Positions 56,967 through 64,000 of a DNA stretch of 64,000 bases are shown here, in pieces (positions within the stretch are counted from its first letter, which is position 1; each line of letters opens with the position of its first letter). The DNA is from Chromatiaceae bacterium (lineage in GTDB: Bacteria; Pseudomonadota; Gammaproteobacteria; Chromatiales; Chromatiaceae). Where the stretch lies: the NCBI GenBank assembly GCA_022340805.1, contig JAJDNF010000086.1, forward strand, positions 28,895 through 92,894, written 5' to 3'. The position numbers and the translations under genes are program-made. Under the pieces are notes generated by a model that was not told where the DNA came from, did not search any database, and was given only the letters and a program-made list of their open reading frames with translations.

Positions 56967-58292
56967 CTACTCCGCCCGCTCAGCTACCCCCGGCGGATCT
57001 TCCTGCGTGCTGTCGTACTCCGGGCTGGAAGCCCGCTCTGGCCGTCTGCCGGGCCCCATTGGCTGCGCCCACTGCAAGGGCACCAGGTCTTCCAATGCAC
57101 GTCGCTTCTCGCCTAAAACCAGCACTATCCTCAGTCCATCGGTGTAGTAAGGGTCCCTGGTGTAGTTGAGGCGCGGGGCGGTTCGGTCGGAGTACCCCAC
57201 GCCCTCCACATAACCGTAGGCCCGCAAGACCTCGGCGGCGGCCATGTCCAATGTGATGTATAGCCGTGCCTCGTCGACGACCGGGTCGATCTTATGGGTT
57301 ACAAACGTTTTGCTGGAAAACTTGACACCGATGTCACGCGTGATCTGGCCCACCCAGACGTTTTGCCCATCTAGGGTCACAGGGGCCCGCCAAAGCCGAA
57401 GGTGATTGCGTTCGTTAACCGTACTGCGCGCCTTTTGCAGCGCAGCGTCCTGCGGCCGCCCGAACAGATACAGGGGTGACACCGGCGACGTCCGGTAGTA
57501 CCAACCAAACAGCGATGAGGCTACCGTTCGCCACATCGTGTCCTGGCGCATGGTTTCGGTAAGGTCCCAACCCCTGCGAATCAGGGTCGCCAGTATATGC
57601 CGCCCCTCCCCGACGATGACCAGATTGAGGGGATCACCGGGCGTCTCGCGATCCCCGCCCGTTACGCAACATGGCAACTTCTCCAGGTAATCGCGCAAAC
57701 CGGCCAGGTTCAGGTCGCGTACCTCATCCGGCGAATACAACTGGTCAAAGTCGACGCGCATGAAGTCCGCCTTGAAACCGGGCACCAGCTGGGCGAACTC
57801 AAACGACCGCAGGTCCTGCTCCGCGATAAGGTCGACCGTGAACGCCTTGGCGCCCGGGTCCAGGTTCGTGTACACATAACCCGACACGGTGCTGCGTGGC
57901 GGCACAAGCACCGGCAGCTGCCTCTCGAGGAACAGGTCCAACAATTCACCCTGGCTCGACTCCTGCTGTGCGCGAAATTTCCACGCAACCTCTGATGGCG
58001 CGAAGTAATCCCGGTCGATGCTGAGCAGCATCACCGCAAACATCTTGTCCGCCCGGTTGTCGACCTCGATCCACACCGGTTGAATGCCCCTTCTCGCGAG
58101 CGGCAACGCAAAGCTGTGCTCTGATTCTTCAGGGCTCAGCACCACCGCGGACACTCGAACATTCCCATCGGTCTGGGTTTCAGCCCTGAGGCGGTAATCC
58201 GCCGGATCGGTGTGTGGCGGGGAAGCGGCGCAGCCCAGCAAAAAAAGGCAGAACGCCAAGGGCAAAAATGACCAGAGCCGCACGCGCAACAT
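56967..58292 (-). CDS. LssY C-terminal-domain lipoprotein
   Basis: Lipobox LLGC after MLRVRLW; GDPLNLV, SPVSPLYLFGRPQD, RNHLRLW, RDIG, THKIDP, YYTDG. Confidence 0.8.
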   Translation of the reverse strand: MLRVRLWSFLPLAFCLFLLGCAASPPHTDPADYRLRAETQTDGNVRVSAVVLSPEESEHSFALPLARRGIQPVWIEVDNRADKMFAVMLLSIDRDYFAPSEVAWKFRAQQESSQGELLDLFLERQLPVLVPPRSTVSGYVYTNLDPGAKAFTVDLIAEQDLRSFEFAQLVPGFKADFMRVDFDQLYSPDEVRDLNLAGLRDYLEKLPCCVTGGDRETPGDPLNLVIVGEGRHILATLIRRGWDLTETMRQDTMWRTVASSLFGWYYRTSPVSPLYLFGRPQDAALQKARSTVNERNHLRLWRAPVTLDGQNVWVGQITRDIGVKFSSKTFVTHKIDPVVDEARLYITLDMAAAEVLRAYGYVEGVGYSDRTAPRLNYTRDPYYTDGLRIVLVLGEKRRALEDLVPLQWAQPMGPGRRPERASSPEYDSTQEDPPGVAERAE

Positions 58293-58378
58293 TGAAGGTT
58301 TTTGCCCGTCCCGACGAACCAGACGCTTCAGCATCCGTACCACTGTTGTCGTCCTGTCAGGTACCATACAGAGCGCGT

Positions 58379-59602
58379 TCAGAAATTGGCCAGAAAGAAC
58401 GGAATGACCAACGCGTTGGTCAGATCGATGAAAAAGGCGCACACCAGCGGCACAATGATGAAGGCCAGATGCGAGGCCCCGTAGCGTTGCGACACCGCGG
58501 CCATGTTGGCCATCGCGGTGGGGGTCGAGCCCAGCGATATCCCACCGAAGCCCGAGCAGACCACCGCGGCATCGTAGTTGCGCCCCATGGCCGGGAAGAC
58601 CACGAGTAGGTTCACGGCAATGGCCACCGCGAACTGGATAGCAAGGATGCTGAAGATCGGCCCTGCCAGGTCGATCAAGGTCCACAGTTGCATACTCATC
58701 AGCGACATCGCCAGAAAGGTACCCAGCGAGATATCCGCGATCAATGCGATCGCGGGACTGCGGCTCGGCCAGCGGGTTCCGGTGATGCGCGGGAAGTTGC
58801 GCGGTACCAGGTTGGTGATCAGGATGCCCGCGAACAGACAAGTGACGAACAGCGGCAGTTGCAGACCCGCCGATTTCAGGCCCTCATTGAGCAACATACC
58901 GACGATCGCGCAGACATGGATCGCGAGAATGGCATCAAGAAAGTCGAGATGGCCGATCCTCTGATCATGCTGTTTCTCCGATAAACCCACATCCTGGGCT
59001 TCAATCTTCTGCGGCTTGAGCTTGTGGCGGGTGATCAGGAACTTGGCGATAGGGCCGCCCATCAGGCTGGCCAGGATGAGTCCAAAGGTGGCGCAGGCGA
59101 TGCCGACCTCCATCGCATTGCTGATGCCGAAATCCTCGGCAATGCGCGGTGCCCAAGCAATCGCGGTACCGTGACCGCCGATAAGTGAAACGCTGCCGCC
59201 CAGCACTCCAAGCTGGCTGGGCAGGTCGAACAGGGAGGCCACCGTGATACCGGTCAGGTTCTGCAGGAGCATGTAAGCGATCGTTATCGCCAGCAGGATC
59301 ACCAGGGGTTTGCCGCCGGCCAGCAGATCTTTGAGGCTGGCGTTGATGCCGATGGTGGTGAAGAAATAGACTAGGAGCACATCACGGGCCGCAAGATCGA
59401 ACTCCACCGCCACGCCGGTTGCGGCGTAGACGAGGCCGAACAGCACTGAGAAAAGCAGGCCGCCGGTCACCGGTTCCGGAATGCTGAACTCGCGCAGGAA
59501 GCCCACGACACCGTTGATGCGCTTGCCGACGAACAGCACCACGATGCCGAGGGTGATGGCGAAGAAGGAGGCGACGTGCAAGCTGCCGTCAATAAACTCC
59601 AT
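58379..59602 (-). CDS. gltS: Sodium/glutamate symporter
   Basis: IPEPVTGG, FFTTIG, GGHGT, ATFGL, STPTAMANM, FFIDL. Confidence 0.92.
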   Translation of the reverse strand: MEFIDGSLHVASFFAITLGIVVLFVGKRINGVVGFLREFSIPEPVTGGLLFSVLFGLVYAATGVAVEFDLAARDVLLVYFFTTIGINASLKDLLAGGKPLVILLAITIAYMLLQNLTGITVASLFDLPSQLGVLGGSVSLIGGHGTAIAWAPRIAEDFGISNAMEVGIACATFGLILASLMGGPIAKFLITRHKLKPQKIEAQDVGLSEKQHDQRIGHLDFLDAILAIHVCAIVGMLLNEGLKSAGLQLPLFVTCLFAGILITNLVPRNFPRITGTRWPSRSPAIALIADISLGTFLAMSLMSMQLWTLIDLAGPIFSILAIQFAVAIAVNLLVVFPAMGRNYDAAVVCSGFGGISLGSTPTAMANMAAVSQRYGASHLAFIIVPLVCAFFIDLTNALVIPFFLANF

Positions 59603-59684
59603 CAGTGCTTTTTCCTGGTTTCATGGCCGGTCGCCGACTGTCCGGTGGCAAGCACCTCCCGGTGACCGGGATGCCGGAAAGTGT

Positions 59685-62600
59685 TCACTTGGGTTCTATC
59701 CTGAACAGCAGTGAATACAGGGTGGGCACGAACACCAGCGTAAGCACTGTCGCAAAGCCCAGTCCCGCCATGATGGTAATGGACATGTTGACGAAAAACA
59801 CGTCGGACAGCAGCGGTATGAGCCCGAGTATCGTGGTAGCCGCCGCCAGCACCACTGGGCGGAGACGGCTGATGGTAGCGTCCAGGATCGCGCTGAACCC
59901 TTCCTTACCCTCGGCGATCTGCTGGTCGATCTCGTCGATCAGCACAATGGCGTTCTTGATCAACAGCCCGATCAGCGACAGCGCACCGAGCAGCGACATG
60001 AAGTCGAATGCCGCGTTCGCCGCCAGCAGACCGGCCGTGATGCCGACGATCGCCAGCGGTACCGTGAGCCAGATGATCAGCGGCTGGCGGATCTTGCCGA
60101 ACAGCAGGATGCTGGTAAGGATCATCAGCAGGAAGCCCACCGGCAGCGAACGCCCGAGGCCGCTCTGGGCCTTTTTCGAGTCCTCGTATTCACCGCCCCA
60201 GGACAGGCTGTAGCCCGCAGGCAGCTCGATCGCCTCGATCTGCGGCTTGATCCGGGTGAACAGCGGGGTCGCCAGCTCGCCGGTCGGGTTGCACGAGGCG
60301 ATGATGGTGCGAATGCGGTCACGCGATCGCAGCACCGTGTTTTCGAACACGGTCTCGAAGCCGCTGATCACCTGCGCCGCGGGCACGGCCTGGTTCAGTA
60401 CCGGGCTCCATATGGTGATGTCCTGCATGTTACCCACGTCGGCGCGCTCATCCTTGGGTGCACGCATCATGATCGGCAGCACGCGGATTCCGTCACGGTA
60501 GCGGCCGACCGGTGTCCCCTCGAAGGCATAGCGCAGGGCCGAGGCCAGGTTCTCACGCGTGATGCCGAGCTGCCTGCCGACCTGCTCGTTGAACACCGGC
60601 CGCACCAGCTTGACTGGCTGGCGCCAGTCGTCGCGGATGTCTTTTGCCTCTGCGTCGGCGCGCATGATCGCCTGGGCCTGCTCCGAGAGCTGCCGCAGTA
60701 CCGCCGGATCAGCGCCGTGAAAGCGCGCCTCGATCTTGGCGTCACGCCCGGGTCCGATCCGCATCGACTTGATGATCGGATCGGTCCAGGGCATCTGCGT
60801 CCGCATGTAGGTCTCGACCTGGCCCCAGAGCTCGGTGATCCGCTCCCGGCTGTCGGTCTGAACGATGATCTGGGCATAGGCCGGGGACATCTCGCGCGGG
60901 TCGTAGACCAGCGTGAAACGCTCGTGCGGCCCACCGATCACCGTCGTGGTCTGCTCCACGCCCTCCAGGCCGCGCAGGAACTCGCTGACGCGCAGTGCAT
61001 CCTCGCGCGCCGAGCGGATGTCACTGCCCTCGATCTCCCATACGTCGACGAAGAACATCGGGGTGTTGGACTCGGGGAAGAACGCCTGCTTGACGCTGCC
61101 AAAGCCGATGACCGCCACCACGAACAGGCCCACGACCACCGCTACCGTCAGGATACGTCGGCGGATCGCGAATGCGAGCACGCCGCGGAAGACCGTGAAC
61201 AGCGCGCCGCCGTAGGGATCCCGCTGCGCCTCTGCGCCGGCCTCGCCGGGCTTGAGCAGCAGGGAACAGAGCAGCGGCGTGGTGCTGATCGCGGTGACCC
61301 AGGAAAGCAGCAGCGAATAGAGAATGACGTAGAACAGCGAACCGGCAAACTCGCCGGTGCTGTCGGGTGACAGACCGATGGCGGAGAAGGCCAGGATACC
61401 GATGACGGTGCCGCCGAGCAGCGCCCAGATCGTCTTGCCGACCGCCTCGCTGGCTGCCTGTGCCGCGCGCATCCCGGCCTGCATACGCACCAGGATCCCC
61501 TCGGCGATCACGATCGCGTTGTCCACCAGCATACCGAGCGCAATCACCAGTGCGCCCAGCGAGATCCGCTGCAACTCGATCCCGTTCAGGTGCATGATCA
61601 GCAGCGTGCCGGCCACCGTGACCAGCAGGACAGCGCCGATGATCAGACCGACCCTCACGCCCATGAACAGCAGCAGCACGATGATCACGATGGCCACCGC
61701 CTGTCCGACGCTGACCACGAAGCCGCTGACCGACCCTTCGACCTCGACCGGCTGGTTGTAGATCTGGGTCAGCTGCATGCCGACCGGGACTATCCCCTGG
61801 AGTTCGTGCAGGCGGCGGTCGAGGCGCGCGCCCACCGCGACCACGTTCTCGCCGGCCTGCATCGAGATCCCGAGGGTCAGGGCCGGCCGGCCGTTCACGT
61901 AGTACATCTTGCTGGGGACCTCCTCGTAGGCCCGCACGATGTCGGCGATATCCTTCAGGTAGACGAGTTTCTTGTCGTCCGATCCGATCAGCACGTCACC
62001 GATCTCGGCAACCGAGGCGAATTCGCCGGTCGGGCTGACGCGCAGATATTCCGGGCCGATGCGGACCCGGCCGGCGTCCGCGACCACGTTCTGCGACTCC
62101 AGGATGCCGGCGATCTCGGCCGGTGAAATCCCCAGCTCGCCGAGGCGGGCCCGGGAGATATCGACATAGACCACTTCCTGCTGGGCGCCGCCGATGATGA
62201 CCTTGCGCACGCCGGAGACCAGCACCAGCTCCCGCTTGAGCCGGTCGGCGAGGTCCCAAAGGTCGCGCCAGCTGTATCCCTGGCCAGTCAGCGCCAGGTA
62301 GACGCCGTAGACATCGCCGAATTCGTCGATGATCATCGGTTCCTGCGCGCCCGGCGGCAGCTTGGACTTCATGTCCGCGATCTTGCGCCGCAGTTCGTCG
62401 TAGATGTCCGGAAAATCCTCGGCCCGGTACTTGTCCTTGAACTCGATCTGGATGTCCGACATCCCGGGACGCGAGATGCTCATCTTGATGTGCTTGACCT
62501 GCTCCTTCCGCTGCAGGGCATCCTCTATATGATAGGTCACCTCGTCCTGGACCTGCTGCGCGGACGCGCCCGGATATTGCGTGATGATCTTTGCGACCTT

Positions 62601-62726
62601 GATCGTGAAGGCCGGGTCCTCGAGCTTGCCCATGTTGTCGAAGGCCCAGACACCGCCAAACACCAGGATGATGACGATCAGCCAGGAGATCACCGGCCGC
62701 TGGACCGAGTATTCACCGATATTCAT
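59685..62726 (-). CDS. RND efflux transporter permease subunit
   Basis: EDPAFTIK, GMLVDNAIV, KNAIVL, RLRPV; 1013 aa. Confidence 0.95.
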   Translation of the reverse strand: MNIGEYSVQRPVISWLIVIILVFGGVWAFDNMGKLEDPAFTIKVAKIITQYPGASAQQVQDEVTYHIEDALQRKEQVKHIKMSISRPGMSDIQIEFKDKYRAEDFPDIYDELRRKIADMKSKLPPGAQEPMIIDEFGDVYGVYLALTGQGYSWRDLWDLADRLKRELVLVSGVRKVIIGGAQQEVVYVDISRARLGELGISPAEIAGILESQNVVADAGRVRIGPEYLRVSPTGEFASVAEIGDVLIGSDDKKLVYLKDIADIVRAYEEVPSKMYYVNGRPALTLGISMQAGENVVAVGARLDRRLHELQGIVPVGMQLTQIYNQPVEVEGSVSGFVVSVGQAVAIVIIVLLLFMGVRVGLIIGAVLLVTVAGTLLIMHLNGIELQRISLGALVIALGMLVDNAIVIAEGILVRMQAGMRAAQAASEAVGKTIWALLGGTVIGILAFSAIGLSPDSTGEFAGSLFYVILYSLLLSWVTAISTTPLLCSLLLKPGEAGAEAQRDPYGGALFTVFRGVLAFAIRRRILTVAVVVGLFVVAVIGFGSVKQAFFPESNTPMFFVDVWEIEGSDIRSAREDALRVSEFLRGLEGVEQTTTVIGGPHERFTLVYDPREMSPAYAQIIVQTDSRERITELWGQVETYMRTQMPWTDPIIKSMRIGPGRDAKIEARFHGADPAVLRQLSEQAQAIMRADAEAKDIRDDWRQPVKLVRPVFNEQVGRQLGITRENLASALRYAFEGTPVGRYRDGIRVLPIMMRAPKDERADVGNMQDITIWSPVLNQAVPAAQVISGFETVFENTVLRSRDRIRTIIASCNPTGELATPLFTRIKPQIEAIELPAGYSLSWGGEYEDSKKAQSGLGRSLPVGFLLMILTSILLFGKIRQPLIIWLTVPLAIVGITAGLLAANAAFDFMSLLGALSLIGLLIKNAIVLIDEIDQQIAEGKEGFSAILDATISRLRPVVLAAATTILGLIPLLSDVFFVNMSITIMAGLGFATVLTLVFVPTLYSLLFRIEPK

Positions 62727-62760
62727 GCTGCGACCCCCGTCCGCTGCTCTGGAGCGCTGC

Positions 62761-63924
62761 TCATTGTTGGTACTTGAGGTCTTCGGGGCGGGGGGCGGCC
62801 TGTTCGAGATCGGGCATCAGCCTGACCTGCATACCATCGACCAGGAACGGCGTCCCGGCGGTCACGATCCGCGCGCCCGGTTCGAGCCCGTCGAGGATCT
62901 CGATACCGTCACCGAGGAGTCGTCCGACTTTCACCGGCCGCGGCGATACCGTCATGCTGGCCTCGTCGACTGTCCACACCCGGGGATCGAGCTTGTAGTC
63001 GCCGACCACCGCGCTGACCGGTACGGTGAAGCTTATGCCGCTGTCGATGAGGCCCAAGAAGTCCACGGTCACGGTCGCAGTCATGCCAGGAAGGACCGTA
63101 CCCTTATCCCATTGCTTCATCAGGTAGGTCGCCTCGAAGGTCTGGGTCTTCGCGTCGGCCTTGGTCGCCAGCTCCTTGAACGTCAGCGGATACGCGTGTC
63201 CGGGCTGGTCCTGGAAGCTGGCGAATACCTTTACCCGGTGGCGTGCGTCCACTGTCTGCGCCTCGCCGCTTGCCCGGATACCCCGGATGATCGACTCGGG
63301 GACGTCGAACTTGACCTCCAGCATCTGGATATTCTGCAGCACCGCGATCGCCTGTTTGGCCTGCACCTCCTCGAACTGGTCCACCAGGCGGGTCGCGATA
63401 ATGCCTTCGAAGGGCGCCTTGAGTTCGGTGTAGGCCAGGTCCTGGGTCGCCGCGCTGAGCGCCGCCTGGGCTTTCTTGAACTCCGCCTCCAGCCGGTCGA
63501 AGTCCGAGCGGGAGATGGCCCCGGTATCGACCAGTTCCTTGCCCCGCTCGTAGTTCTTGTTTGTCTTGTCGAAGGTCGCCCGCCGGTCGTCGACCACGAT
63601 CTGGTAATCGGTCGGGTCCAGGCGCGCGACCAGGCCGCCCTCCTGCAGGCGATCCCCTTCCTTGACCGGAAATTCTTTTACCGTTCCCGGCACGCGGAAT
63701 GCCAGGTCGGCGCGTTGTGCGGCCGCGATACGGGCCGGAAACGAGCGGGCCCCTGCGGCATCGGCGCCGGCAATCACCATGGTCTTGACCGGCCGCGCTA
63801 CCGCCTCGATCTGTGGCGGCGCTTGCTCTGTACAACCGCCAAGCATCGAGGCGACCAAAACCCCCCCGGCGATGAGGAATCTTCCCTGCGTGCGATGGGT
63901 TCTCAGCTTAATTTCTTTTCGCAT
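62761..63924 (-). CDS. RND periplasmic adaptor (MFP) lipoprotein
   Basis: LGGC lipobox, RPVK, LAFRVPG, LKAPFEG, PGMTA. Confidence 0.93.
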   Translation of the reverse strand: MRKEIKLRTHRTQGRFLIAGGVLVASMLGGCTEQAPPQIEAVARPVKTMVIAGADAAGARSFPARIAAAQRADLAFRVPGTVKEFPVKEGDRLQEGGLVARLDPTDYQIVVDDRRATFDKTNKNYERGKELVDTGAISRSDFDRLEAEFKKAQAALSAATQDLAYTELKAPFEGIIATRLVDQFEEVQAKQAIAVLQNIQMLEVKFDVPESIIRGIRASGEAQTVDARHRVKVFASFQDQPGHAYPLTFKELATKADAKTQTFEATYLMKQWDKGTVLPGMTATVTVDFLGLIDSGISFTVPVSAVVGDYKLDPRVWTVDEASMTVSPRPVKVGRLLGDGIEILDGLEPGARIVTAGTPFLVDGMQVRLMPDLEQAAPRPEDLKYQQ

Positions 63925-64000
63925 CCGGATGGCTTCCCTTGAATGAGGACGGAAGGTCGTACCGCCAGGTCCGACATGCTCAGCTGCGCCTGGATGCCGG

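Overview
High-GC window from a sulfur-oxidising gammaproteobacterium (Chromatiales/Sedimenticolaceae-like, probably marine; taxonomy is inference). It carries a complete reverse (oxidative) dsr operon, dsrABEFHCMKLJOPNRS, on the minus strand (3880-17642) and soxXYZA (34863-37045). Between them lies a block of sulfur-cluster accessory genes. Divergent from dsrA is a four-gene operon (TauD-like dioxygenase, 62-aa protein, helical protein, Cas6/Cmx6-family RAMP) followed by a cysteine-free DsrC/TusE paralogue. The Cas6 homologue has no other cas gene and no CRISPR array in the window, and the nearby sulfur genes have long structured leaders and intergenic hairpins. My best candidate for an undescribed system is therefore a domesticated Cas6 acting on sulfur-oxidation RNAs (hypothesis). 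The rest includes a short NosR-like gene, two further 2OG-Fe(II) oxygenases, a MoxR/vWA pair, a decaying lipid-modification patch, housekeeping genes (galU, pabB, OmpA, lipid A acyltransferase), a glucosylglycerate cluster, a LonC-like protease, an ornithine/lysine decarboxylase and an RND/GltS/HdeA block. No rRNA, tRNA, transposase or integrase was seen. All calls come from motif recognition by eye; no searches or folding computations were run.
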